Shown here in pieces: positions 45,180 through 54,466 of a stretch of DNA of 64,000 bases. The notes beneath the pieces are model-generated. The model had not been told where the DNA came from. It saw nothing but the letters and a program-made list of their open reading frames with translations, and made no database searches. Both the position numbers and the translations under genes were made by a program. The stretch's first letter is position 1, and every line of letters begins with the position of its first letter. Source of the stretch: Eubacteriales bacterium. GTDB lineage: Bacteria; Bacillota; Clostridia; Oscillospirales; CAG-272. The DNA lies in NCBI GenBank assembly GCA_045593725.1, contig JAZNXE010000026.1, positions 20,646 to 84,645 of the forward strand. The letters are read 5' to 3'.

Positions 45180-47249
45180 ATGAAAAGAGTTTTGGCGTGT
45201 ATTTTGGTGGCAATTATGATATTACCCCTTTTTGCTTCGTGTAATAAGGATGATGACAGCACAACGGGTACTACCGCCGCCACAAAGCAAACCTCGAATA
45301 CCGAGCAAAATAAGCCCGATAACGAGGAAAACGACAACAACGAGAACAACAAGGAAAACGAAGATAATTCAGACGAGGAAGAAAACGAGGAAAATAAAAC
45401 TCCCGAAATAGACGTTAGCCATCTTCCCGAAAGCTCAGAGGGCTTAGAGTTTGAATTAAACGACGACGGCAAAGGATATACCGTTACGGGAATTGGAACT
45501 TGCACAGATACAGAAATAGTTATCGGTAAATATAACAACTTGCCTGTTACCAGCATTGGAGGGCGTGCGTTCGAGGATTGCACAAGCCTTACCGGTATAA
45601 CCATATCCGACAGCGTCACGAGCATTGGAGATTGTGCGTTCTACAATACAGCATACTATAACAATGAATCAAATTGGGATAACGGTGTGTTGTATATTGG
45701 AAATCATTTGATAAAGGCAAAGGAAACTATATCGGGTGCATATACGGTAAAAGAAGGAACTAAAACTATTGCAGATTATGCGTTCTACGAGTGCACAGGA
45801 CTTACGAGTATAACTATACCCGACAGCGTTACGAGCATTGGAACCGTTGCGTTCGACCAGTGCACAGGACTTGAGCAAGTGCATATAAATGATATATCAA
45901 GTTGGTGTAATATTGAATTTAAATACGGTAATCCTCTCTATTACGCTAACAAATTGTATCTCAAAGGAGAACTTGTTACAAATTTGATAATACCCAACAG
46001 CGTTACCAGCATTGGAGATTATGCGTTCTACTGGTGCACAGGACTTACAAGTGTAACAATAGGCAATAGCGTCACGAGCATTGGAGATTATGCGTTCGAC
46101 CAGTGCACAGGACTTATGAGTGTAACGATAGGCAATAGCGTCACGAGCATTGGAGATTGTGCGTTCAGAGGTTGCACAGAACTTACGAGTGTAACCATAC
46201 CCGACAGCGTTACGAGCATTGGAACTGGTGCGTTCGAAGTTTGCACAGGACTTACGAGTATAACTATACCCGACGGCATCACCAGCATTGGAGATTATGC
46301 GTTCTCCAGTTGCACAGGACTTACGAGTATAACCGTATCTGAAGGAAATAGCGTTTATCACGGTAAGGGTAATTGTTTAATAGAAACTGCTACAAAAACT
46401 CTGATATCAGGCTGTAAAACGAGCGTAATCCCCACAGACGGAAGCGTTACCAGAATTGGAGCTGGAGCGTTCTGGGGTTGCGACGGACTTACCAGTATAA
46501 CTATACCCAACAGCGTTACGAGCATTGGAGAGTGGGTGTTCGCAAATTGCACAGGACTTACGAGTATAACTATACCCGACAGTGTCACGAGCATTGGAGG
46601 TAGTGCGTTCGGCCAGTGCTACGGACTTACGAGTATAACTATCCCCAACAGCGTTACGAGCATTGGAGATTATGCGTTCTACGGTTGCACAGGACTTACG
46701 AGTATAACTATACCCAACAGCGTTACAAGCATTGGATATTATGCATTCAAAGATACAGCATACTATAACAACGAATCAAATTGGGATAACGGTGTGTTGT
46801 ATATTGGAAACCATTTGATAGAGGCAAAGAAAACTATATCGGGTGCATATACGGTAAAACAAGGAACTAAAACTATTGCAGGTGCTGCGTTCGGGGGTTG
46901 CACAGGACTTACGAGTATAACTATACCCGACAGCGTTACGAGCATTGGAGTTTATGCGTTCGCCTTATGCACAGGACTTACAAGTATAACTATACCGGAC
47001 AGCGTAACGAGCATTGGAGAGTGGGCGTTCTCCAGTTGCACAGGACTTACGAGTGTAACCATACCCGACAGCATCACCAGCATTGGAGATTGTGCGTTCT
47101 GGGATTGCACAGGACTTACTACGATAAACTTCCAAGGCACAAAGGCAGAGTGGGAAACCATTGAAAAGGGGAGTTCTTGGAACAGCGGAACTGACAACTA
47201 CACTGTAAAATGCACCGACGGCGATATTGCCAAGGCGGATGATAATTAA
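45180..47249 (+). CDS. BspA-type leucine-rich-repeat (LRR_5-like) surface lipoprotein, 689 aa
   Basis: It has a lipobox (LFASC) and an acidic Asn/Glu/Asp linker. About 20 repeat units follow, of the form I(T/P)IPxSVTSIGxxAFxxCTGLTS. Confidence 0.85.
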   Translation: MKRVLACILVAIMILPLFASCNKDDDSTTGTTAATKQTSNTEQNKPDNEENDNNENNKENEDNSDEEENEENKTPEIDVSHLPESSEGLEFELNDDGKGYTVTGIGTCTDTEIVIGKYNNLPVTSIGGRAFEDCTSLTGITISDSVTSIGDCAFYNTAYYNNESNWDNGVLYIGNHLIKAKETISGAYTVKEGTKTIADYAFYECTGLTSITIPDSVTSIGTVAFDQCTGLEQVHINDISSWCNIEFKYGNPLYYANKLYLKGELVTNLIIPNSVTSIGDYAFYWCTGLTSVTIGNSVTSIGDYAFDQCTGLMSVTIGNSVTSIGDCAFRGCTELTSVTIPDSVTSIGTGAFEVCTGLTSITIPDGITSIGDYAFSSCTGLTSITVSEGNSVYHGKGNCLIETATKTLISGCKTSVIPTDGSVTRIGAGAFWGCDGLTSITIPNSVTSIGEWVFANCTGLTSITIPDSVTSIGGSAFGQCYGLTSITIPNSVTSIGDYAFYGCTGLTSITIPNSVTSIGYYAFKDTAYYNNESNWDNGVLYIGNHLIEAKKTISGAYTVKQGTKTIAGAAFGGCTGLTSITIPDSVTSIGVYAFALCTGLTSITIPDSVTSIGEWAFSSCTGLTSVTIPDSITSIGDCAFWDCTGLTTINFQGTKAEWETIEKGSSWNSGTDNYTVKCTDGDIAKADDN
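45646..45774 (+). repeat. Intragenic 129-bp duplication, copy 1 (124 of 129 identical to 46753-46881)
   Basis: I compared the two directly. Both encode [39 protein letters not shown]. Confidence 0.9.
46753..46881 (+). repeat. Intragenic 129-bp duplication, copy 2
   Basis: See copy 1. The offset is 1107 bp, which is in frame. Confidence 0.9.
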
Positions 47250-47270
47250 AGATAGCAAAATCTTTGAGTA

Positions 47271-47683
47271 GATCCTGACAGCGTTGCTGTCGCGCTACGC
47301 GTTCGACTACGCCCCGCCCGTGTCATTCTGAGTGAAGCGAAGCGAAATCGAACCCGAACGCAGTGAGGGCGCGTAAGCGGAATCTCGGCGGGGCTACGCT
47401 CAGGATGACATTATAAAAGCGAGGCACCGAATTGGTGCCTCGTTTTCTTTCATAGGACAAAACCTCGAAAACAATATTAAGCTCTGTAGGGACAGGCGTC
47501 CTCTACAATTTTTGTGCGCAAGCCCTATTTAAGCGGGTCATCCTGAGCGAAACGGCGAGATATTATTGCCGTTGTGACACATAATAAAAACCGCCGTGAA
47601 GTCGAACCTTTGCGAAGCGTGGTAGCGAAGCAAAGGCGTGAAGCGAAGCGAAACGGGATCTCCTGACAGCTTTGCTCTGTCGG
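47271..47683. repeat. Cluster of REP-like GC-rich palindromic repeat modules in a 690-bp noncoding gap
   Basis: GTCATYCTGAGYG occurs at 47322 (+) and 47537 (+), and inverted at 47399-47410. GTGAAGCGAAGCGAAA occurs at 47332-47347 and 47638-47653. The GATC(TC)CTGACAGC hairpins lie at 47271-47292 and 47657-47683. Confidence 0.75.
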
Positions 47684-47886
47684 GTAGGTCGTGGCGTAAA
47701 AAAATAACGTTTATGGGCCTTGCTCCTCCCGCCTTTTTATACTTTTTTTGAACGGGAACACCAAGGCGCTCCCCTACCGCACGAAAGAAGAAAATGCGAA
47801 CATAGCTTTTCGCACCATTTGTCCATACGAGGTAATATATACCCGAGAACATCGCTTAACCTAAGGCTTTCTCTGCGTGAAAGCCT

Positions 47887-47936
47887 AAATACAACCCCGA
47901 GGCACTTCATTGAGCGCCTCGGGGTTTCGTTTATTT
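47887..47936. terminator. Hairpin terminator downstream of galT (CCCCGAGGC...GCCTCGGGG)
   Basis: A 9-bp GC stem at 47895-47903 and 47916-47924, with T-rich tracts on both sides. Confidence 0.6.
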
Positions 47937-47938
47937 AA

Positions 47939-49438
47939 TTATCTTATAGTAGCAATAAATCTAAGGAAGGCTTCGTGTCCCTCGGGAGTGCACTTATATA
48001 CTCCCGCATCCTCAAGAACTCTCTCGAAAGTGCGTCCTATTTCCTTCTTGATTATCTGCTCGGTATTCTCTGCGGTAAACTCATAGCTATCCTTAAATCC
48101 GTCAAACCACTCCTTGTGCTTTGCGATATTCTCATCATCGGCGAAATCCTTGCCCTCGGCAATAGCCTTGCACATAAGGGCTATCTCGTCACGGAGTCTT
48201 GCGGGAAGCACAGCCAGCCCCATAACCTCTATAAGACCGATATTCTCCTTCTTTATATTGTGAAGGTCGGCGTGAGGATGGTAAACTCCCAAGGGATGCT
48301 CCTCGGTGGTGATATTGTTACGAAGTACGAGGTCAAGCTCAAGCTTTCCGTCACGTGTACGCGCTATGGGCGTTATAGTATTATGAGGCTCTCCGTCGGT
48401 ATTGGCAAATACAAAGGCATTCTCGTCGGTGTATGCTCTCCAAGCCTTAAGTATCTTATCTGCAAGCTCTACAAGGCTTTCCTTGTTTGCGCTGCGGAGT
48501 CTGATAACCGACATAGGCCAGTTTACAATACCCGCCTCAACGTCCTCAAAGCACTCAAATTTTATCTCTGTATCAATAGGCGCTTTAGCCATAGCAAAGG
48601 TATAGTGTCCGCCCTGAGTATGGTCGTGGGACAAAATAGAGCCGCCTACGATAGGAAGGTCTGCATTGGAGCCGAGGAAATAGTGAGGATACTGCTCCAC
48701 GAAATCAAGCAATCTCTCAAAGGTTCCCCGCTCTATCTTCATAGGGGTATGCTCCTTGGAAAGCACGATACAATGCTCGTTATAGTAAACGTAGGGAGAA
48801 TACTGCATATACCACTGCTTACCAGAAAGAGTGGTAGGAATAAGACGCAGCGTCTGGCGCGCGGGTCTGCCAACGTTACCCTCAAAGCCCTCGTTCTCGG
48901 GACAAAGGAGGCACTTAGGATATCCGCTCTGAGGCAAAAGCTTGGCAGCCGCGATAGCCTTGGGGTCCTTTTCGGGCTTAGAAAGATTTACGGTTATATC
49001 AAGCTCACCGTATTTGCCCTCGTATGTCCACTTCAAATCCTTTGCCACGCGGTATGTACGGATATAGTCGCTGTTACGGCAAAGAGCGTAGAAATAGTCG
49101 GTAGCCTTTACGGGGGACTCGGCGTACAGCTCCTTAAATTTTCTGATTACCTCGCTGGGACGGGGAGTGAGAATACCCATCAGCTTTGTATCGAACAGGT
49201 CGCGGTAAACCACGCTGTTATTTTCAAGCAAGCCGTTCTGGGCGGCATAGTCGCATAGAGATGCCAGTATCTCCTCAAGGGGCGTGTGCTCAACCTCGTT
49301 GGGTTCAACATATTCCCCAACCTTAAGCGCCGACATCAGCGAGTTGGTCATATAAAGTCTGTCCTCTTGGGTTATAAGCTCCTTATCTATGGCATAATCC
49401 ACGAGCTGTTTAATCTTAGCAGAAATATTAACTGACAT
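47939..49438 (-). CDS. galT: UDP-glucose--hexose-1-phosphate uridylyltransferase (type 2 GalT, Firmicutes form)
   Basis: A 499-aa ORF with GGSILSHDHTQGG and the overall family-2 GalT layout. Confidence 0.88.
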   Translation of the reverse strand: MSVNISAKIKQLVDYAIDKELITQEDRLYMTNSLMSALKVGEYVEPNEVEHTPLEEILASLCDYAAQNGLLENNSVVYRDLFDTKLMGILTPRPSEVIRKFKELYAESPVKATDYFYALCRNSDYIRTYRVAKDLKWTYEGKYGELDITVNLSKPEKDPKAIAAAKLLPQSGYPKCLLCPENEGFEGNVGRPARQTLRLIPTTLSGKQWYMQYSPYVYYNEHCIVLSKEHTPMKIERGTFERLLDFVEQYPHYFLGSNADLPIVGGSILSHDHTQGGHYTFAMAKAPIDTEIKFECFEDVEAGIVNWPMSVIRLRSANKESLVELADKILKAWRAYTDENAFVFANTDGEPHNTITPIARTRDGKLELDLVLRNNITTEEHPLGVYHPHADLHNIKKENIGLIEVMGLAVLPARLRDEIALMCKAIAEGKDFADDENIAKHKEWFDGFKDSYEFTAENTEQIIKKEIGRTFERVLEDAGVYKCTPEGHEAFLRFIATIR

Positions 49439-49605
49439 TTCTTAATCTCCTTATACCTTTTTCACCTTATTATACCACTTATTCTTTATGCTGTCAAAGG
49501 AAATATAAAATTTCTTTTAAATTTATACCCAAATGTGTTTTTTGATTGACATTTTGCCTTTTAAATGATAAAATATATAGGCGCACTATTTATTGGAGGA
49601 TAGAA

Positions 49606-50094
49606 ATGTCACTTGCCAAGGAAACAAGAATAAAAATACTTTCCGAGCTGTACGAGGTCGAGGCTTCCCTCTTCACCGATACTGACGACGCCCCTGAGCT
49701 TTTCGAGGACGGCAGCGTGACCGTTGAGCCGGAAATATTAGAAATAAATTCAGTGGGAAATATTCAGGACGATGGAGAGCGAATCACTATAAGCTATGAG
49801 GAAAGCGAGGCAACGGGAATGCAAGGCTCTCTTACCTCTCTCAGCTTCCTCAAAAAAGAACCGTCGGTAGTTACTATGATTAGAAGCGGCGTTGTTTCCG
49901 CCACCCTTGTATTCGAGGAAGGAAAACGGCATCACTGTATATACAAAACTCCCTTTATGCCCTTCGAGGTGTGCGTTCACACCACCAAGGTGGTAAACGC
50001 TCTACTCGTAGGAAACACCTTAGAGCTTGATTACATAGTGGAAATACGCGGCGCTAAGGCAGAGCGGACGAAATTCAAAATGCAGCTACTGTAA
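49606..50094 (+). CDS. DUF1934 (YwiB-like) beta-barrel protein
   Basis: The start at 49606 sits behind GGAGGA. The promoter TTGACA-17-TAAAAT lies at 49546-49574. The sequence pattern (...LVFEEGKRHHCIYKTPFMPFEV...LELDYIVEI) fits DUF1934 as I recall it. Confidence 0.65.
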   Translation: MSLAKETRIKILSELYEVEASLFTDTDDAPELFEDGSVTVEPEILEINSVGNIQDDGERITISYEESEATGMQGSLTSLSFLKKEPSVVTMIRSGVVSATLVFEEGKRHHCIYKTPFMPFEVCVHTTKVVNALLVGNTLELDYIVEIRGAKAERTKFKMQLL

Positions 50095-50265
50095 AAAGCA
50101 GTCATTTTATCTAAAATGACTGCTTTTCTTCATATTTGTACATAAGCGACAAAAACAAAGAAAAACTTTGGTAAATTTTACCATTGGTAATTTTTGTAAA
50201 TTCCTTGCATTTTGGTTGGAAATATGGTAAAATATGGATGTTGAGAAAAAATATGGAGGATAACA

Positions 50266-51045
50266 ATGAGAAAAGCAATTAAAATATTGATAGCAGACGA
50301 AAACGCATCCGACCGTCAGGCACTGTGTGCGGAGCTTCGCAAGGCGGGATTTACAAATCTTCTTGAAGCAGGAAACGGAGAGGAGGCTCTTATACAAATA
50401 GGCAAAAACCATCCCGACGTAGCCATAATAGACGTGTGGCTGTCAAAGCTGGACGGAATAGGAGTACTCAATAACTGTCAAAATATCAAATTTGCCCCCG
50501 ATAAGCCTCCCGCATTTATAGTAGTATCTATGGTATCCAAGCAAAGCATATTTGTTGAGGCTACAAATTCAGGAGCAGACCTCTGCCTACTTAAGCCTTA
50601 CAACGTAGAAAGCCTTTGTAGGCATATCAATTCCCTTGCCAAGACACGGGACGGAGAAACAGTAGCCGCACCTGAGGACGAAAGCGTTCCCGATATGGAA
50701 TCACAGGTAACAAAGATAATCCACCAGATAGGTGTTCCCGCGCACATAAAGGGATATCAGTATCTACGTACAGCCATTCTCCTTACTATAAAGGACAGCG
50801 ATATTATAAACAGCGTTACCAAAATTCTCTACCCCAGCGTGGCAAAGCAGTATCAGACCACAACCAGCCGAGTTGAGCGCGCCATCCGTCACGCCATCGA
50901 GGTAGCATGGGATAGAGGCGACGTGGATACCCTCAATTCCTATTTTGGTTATACCATTCAAAACAACAGAGGTAAGCCCACAAATAGTGAGTTTATTGCA
51001 ATGATAGCTGATAATTTGAGGCTGAAATATAAGATGTATAAATAA
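50266..51045 (+). CDS. spo0A: Sporulation master regulator Spo0A
   Basis: It has a receiver domain and the signature Spo0A C-terminal domain ([20 protein letters not shown]...[18 protein letters not shown]...[13 protein letters not shown]). Confidence 0.95.
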   Translation: MRKAIKILIADENASDRQALCAELRKAGFTNLLEAGNGEEALIQIGKNHPDVAIIDVWLSKLDGIGVLNNCQNIKFAPDKPPAFIVVSMVSKQSIFVEATNSGADLCLLKPYNVESLCRHINSLAKTRDGETVAAPEDESVPDMESQVTKIIHQIGVPAHIKGYQYLRTAILLTIKDSDIINSVTKILYPSVAKQYQTTTSRVERAIRHAIEVAWDRGDVDTLNSYFGYTIQNNRGKPTNSEFIAMIADNLRLKYKMYK

Positions 51046-51067
51046 AAGAGGGCTTCTGCCCTCTTTT
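51044..51067. terminator. Bidirectional terminator between convergent spo0A and the carboxypeptidase gene
   Basis: AGAGGGC-ttct-GCCCTCT flanked by AAAA and TTTT. It overlaps both stop codons. Confidence 0.75.
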
Positions 51068-52178
51068 ATTCTGCGTATGTATTATAAATATATTTAACCT
51101 CTTGGGTAGAGATGGACTCTGACAGTCCACTTCCCTTGGGCTTACCGACTATAACGTTTACGTATCCCTTCCCCGTGGTTTTTGACACAGCATAGGAAAC
51201 AAGGCAAACTCCCGCCTCATCGGTATATCCTGTCTTAGCAGCTCTCACAGTAACCGTATTCAACTCTACCTCGCCGTTAAACCGAACAGAGTACCACTCA
51301 CAATGCGCCCAGTAGCTTACAGGCTGTCCGCTGCTGTTCACAGATAGGTCGTTGCTGTTTCCCACGTAGGCAGGTATCTTTCTGGTATCGGTAGAGAGCA
51401 ATATTCTCTTAGCCAACTGGTTCTCAAGCGCGTAAGACATCATTGCCGCCATTTCTCGGCAGGTGGTAACGTGCTCCGTGTGGTGGAGTCCTGTACAGTT
51501 CTTGAAATTAGTTTGATTAAGACCAAGCTCTTCCGCCTTATCGTTCATCATCTCTACGAACCTTGCTTCGCTTCCCGCAATTTCCTTAGCTATCATAAGG
51601 CAGGCAATTGTATCCGATTTGTAGGATATCATATACAGAAGGTCTTCTATTGTAAATCCGTCGCCAAGGGATGACGCCACCAAAAGCCCCGAACCTCCGT
51701 TCTGGTCCTTATAATCGATATCTTCCTGAGTTACCACAAGCTTTTTGTTAAGACTTGTAACGTTCTCACAGGCTACAAGCAGAGTCATTACCTTTGTCAT
51801 TGAGGCGGGGTATATGGTCTGGTCCGCTTCCTTCTCCGCTATGGAGGTATAGCCGCCAAGCTCCACCAGAATGGCATTATTAGACCTGATGCTATCACCT
51901 ATCTGCGCCGCGTTCCCCGAGCTGGTGCTTAAATAGCTGCTTCTACTCGGAATAGTAGGATATAACGCCAACTTGTTGGTATTAGTCACAGGGTCTTTAC
52001 CCGTACCTTGGGGTATATCCTCCATATCGTCATCCTCAATAGCAAGAATAACGAATAGAGAAGCGGTGAGGGCTACCAGCAGTATTATAGTTGTAAAAAG
52101 TATTATAAAATACCCTTTTCCTGGCCATCTCTGCCTTTTTTGTTTTTTTAGTTCCATATATTGTTTAGGCGTAAACAT
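51066..52178 (-). CDS. D-alanyl-D-alanine carboxypeptidase (S11 family, DacB-like)
   Basis: It has an N-terminal TM anchor and the SxxK active site (PASMTKVMT). It is 370 aa long. Confidence 0.8.
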   Translation of the reverse strand: MFTPKQYMELKKQKRQRWPGKGYFIILFTTIILLVALTASLFVILAIEDDDMEDIPQGTGKDPVTNTNKLALYPTIPSRSSYLSTSSGNAAQIGDSIRSNNAILVELGGYTSIAEKEADQTIYPASMTKVMTLLVACENVTSLNKKLVVTQEDIDYKDQNGGSGLLVASSLGDGFTIEDLLYMISYKSDTIACLMIAKEIAGSEARFVEMMNDKAEELGLNQTNFKNCTGLHHTEHVTTCREMAAMMSYALENQLAKRILLSTDTRKIPAYVGNSNDLSVNSSGQPVSYWAHCEWYSVRFNGEVELNTVTVRAAKTGYTDEAGVCLVSYAVSKTTGKGYVNVIVGKPKGSGLSESISTQEVKYIYNTYAE

Positions 52179-52249
52179 CCATGCTCTCCTTAGTGAGAAA
52201 TCTTATTTATATTTTATCATATATACAAGCTTTTTTCAAGTAGATAATA

Positions 52250-52286
52250 ATAAAAAATTTGAGGTTGCCGCACAAGCAGCAACCTC
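52250..52286 (-). terminator. Intrinsic terminator closing the 7-gene operon
   Basis: On the minus strand: GAGGTTGC-tgcttgtgcg-GCAACCTC followed by AAATTTTTT. Confidence 0.65.
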
Positions 52287-52298
52287 TTTTTAAGTAAA

Positions 52299-53438
52299 TT
52301 AATCCGCGGTAAGACCCGATCTTTCGATACCCTGTACAAGGTATTTCTGACAGAACAGATACATAACCACCAAGGGAGCAATAACCATAAGTCCCGCGGT
52401 GTTTCTCACAACACCATTATATGCTTCCTGTCCCTTAAAGTTCTTATCTATCAAGGTCTTAGGTACATCCTTCTCTATGAAGTTTATCAGCAGGTAAGGA
52501 GCCTCAAACTCATCAAAGAAAAACATCGTTCTTCCTGTATAGAAGTCATCGGTCCAGCACCAAGAAAAGGCAAACAGGAATACCGTTATCATCATAGGTA
52601 CGGATATAGGAAGAATTATGGTAAAGAATGTACGGAATACACCCGAACCATCTATATAAGCCGACTCCTCAAGCTCATCGGGAACGCCCATAAAGAACTG
52701 ACGAAGTAGGAATATATACAGACCGTTCTTAAAGGCAAGACCTGTCAACGAAAGCAAGATAAAAGGCCACATGGTATTAATGGTATTTATACCGTTGGAG
52801 GTAAACATCTTCCAGCTATCAGGAAATACGTTTATACTTGACAGTATTTCATTGTTAAATTCAAAGCCGAGTATATTTATTCCGCCGCCCTCTAAGAAGC
52901 TGAATATCCCGAAGATATCAAAGCCATTAAATCTTGAAAACATCGCCAGCTGTATTGTTCGGTGAGGTATTACCATAGTTAATATAACCAGTCCAAACAA
53001 CAGCTTGTTGCCCTTAAACCTGAATTTTGCAAATCCGTAAGCTACCAAGCTACATATAAACATCTGTATTAACGCCGTAGTCAATGAAAGACCTAAGGTA
53101 TTCATAAATGCTTCTATGTATTCCTGCTTAAGCCACAGCTCTCTATATATTTCAACAGTGAAGTTCTTCGGAATAAGCTTTACCGAGGAGTCTGCAAGGT
53201 CATACTTTTCCATGAATGAAGCTGCTATCTTTGAGATAAAGGGGAAAAGCACGATATACGCAACACCAACCAGCAGCACGTAACGAACTATCCACCAAAC
53301 GAACTTTTTAAGGAAAAACATCGACAAGAATTTAGCCTTCAGACGTTCTTTAAGAGGTGTTCTTTCAAAATCAACCTTTATTTTTCTCTTACTTTCTTTG
53401 CGAATCTTAGGTTGTTCCATAGTCTTTTCAGAATTCAT
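52299..53438 (-). CDS. ABC transporter permease (MalG/UgpE-like, unusually long at 379 aa), second pair
   Basis: It has the EAA-loop motif ESAYIDGSGVFRTFFTIILPISVP. The RBS is AAGGAGGTG. Confidence 0.8.
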   Translation of the reverse strand: MNSEKTMEQPKIRKESKRKIKVDFERTPLKERLKAKFLSMFFLKKFVWWIVRYVLLVGVAYIVLFPFISKIAASFMEKYDLADSSVKLIPKNFTVEIYRELWLKQEYIEAFMNTLGLSLTTALIQMFICSLVAYGFAKFRFKGNKLLFGLVILTMVIPHRTIQLAMFSRFNGFDIFGIFSFLEGGGINILGFEFNNEILSSINVFPDSWKMFTSNGINTINTMWPFILLSLTGLAFKNGLYIFLLRQFFMGVPDELEESAYIDGSGVFRTFFTIILPISVPMMITVFLFAFSWCWTDDFYTGRTMFFFDEFEAPYLLINFIEKDVPKTLIDKNFKGQEAYNGVVRNTAGLMVIAPLVVMYLFCQKYLVQGIERSGLTAD

Positions 53439-53453
53439 AACTATACACCTCCT

Positions 53454-54449
53454 TTAATTCTTTCTCTGGTAGAAGACATATGCCGAGAATATGGCAGCTA
53501 CCAAGCCGAGTATGCCAATTACCACAAGGAAGTATATCCACGACATTGCCGTAGCAATAGCAATAGAATTCGTTGAACTTCCCGCAAGGTCTCCGGATTT
53601 TATTCCTGTGATATACCGCATCACCGAACTGTTCGTGGTAAATGCGTCAATTACCGTATAAACAGCGTTAACAAGTATCATCGGGCTTATCATAGGGAAT
53701 GTTATTTTCCAGAAGGTCTCCCAAGAGGTCGCACCGTCTATCTGAACCGACTCGTATATCGCGGGGGATATTGACTGCAATCCCGCAAGGAATATCAGCA
53801 TCTGCACTCCCGATCTGTTTACGATATCATAAATACGGTTAATAATATCCGCTACGTATGTAAGCATTCCTTCGCCTATTGCCATTCCCGAGAAAAGCTC
53901 CTGAACGTCAAGTGCCGAAACTATCTGGGTAGCCGCATCCTGTCCCGAGCCGTCATCAATACCTGCGGAGGAGTTCATATAGGTATCTATACTCTGATTT
54001 CCCATGGTATTCATAATACCCGTGGAAAGTATAACGGGAACAAAGAATATCGCTCTGAACACTGCTCTTCCCCCCATCTTCTGGTTAAGCAATACTGCCA
54101 TAAACAGAGAGAACAACAATATCATCGGGATATCAAGTATCATGTCAGTAACACCGGTTATAAGTATCTCAAGAAAGTCAACTCCTTCCTTGGATGTGGC
54201 AGTAAACGCCTGAGCGTAAGACTTCCAACCTACAAACTCCTTGATTATCTCTCCCGTCTTGGGATCCTTGTTACTAAATATCATACTGCTGGAAATGGAA
54301 TCGTAGATCATAGGTATGTATATGAGTATAAATCCTATGACGAAAGGCAGTATAAATATCCAACCTGCGCGAGCCTTTCTCTTGTCAAGAGAGGCATTCT
54401 TTTTTCTTTTTGCGGGTTTGACTTTTTTCAATTCAATCTCGTTAGTCAT
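53454..54449 (-). CDS. ABC transporter permease (MalF/UgpA-like, 331 aa), second pair
   Basis: It has the EAA-loop motif ESVQIDGATSWETFWKITFPMISP. The RBS is AAGGAGAGG. Confidence 0.8.
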   Translation of the reverse strand: MTNEIELKKVKPAKRKKNASLDKRKARAGWIFILPFVIGFILIYIPMIYDSISSSMIFSNKDPKTGEIIKEFVGWKSYAQAFTATSKEGVDFLEILITGVTDMILDIPMILLFSLFMAVLLNQKMGGRAVFRAIFFVPVILSTGIMNTMGNQSIDTYMNSSAGIDDGSGQDAATQIVSALDVQELFSGMAIGEGMLTYVADIINRIYDIVNRSGVQMLIFLAGLQSISPAIYESVQIDGATSWETFWKITFPMISPMILVNAVYTVIDAFTTNSSVMRYITGIKSGDLAGSSTNSIAIATAMSWIYFLVVIGILGLVAAIFSAYVFYQRKN

Positions 54450-54466
54450 TTTCTACCTCTCCTTTC

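Noticed and set aside
45540-47110. Regularly spaced repeats of about 69 bp that I first checked as a possible CRISPR array or tandem satellite.
   Set aside because: The units are in frame within one long ORF and encode LRR_5/BspA-type repeats. There are no unique spacers of constant length and no cas genes. The many short ORFs on the other frames and strand here (45155-45625, 45897-46361, 46965-47258 and others) are by-products of the repeats.
47538-47852. A 104-aa minus-strand ORF in the long intergenic gap.
   Set aside because: It reads through the REP-like repeat modules, giving typical junk peptide strings such as SLRFTPLLRYHASQRF. It has no RBS and atypical composition.
50100-50265. Spo0A-box-like sequence (TGTCGCT on the minus strand, near 50145) upstream of spo0A, and repeated GGTAAATTTT motifs.
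   Set aside because: It matches only 5 of 7 positions of the 0A-box consensus TGTCGAA, as a single copy. That is too weak to call autoregulation from sequence alone.
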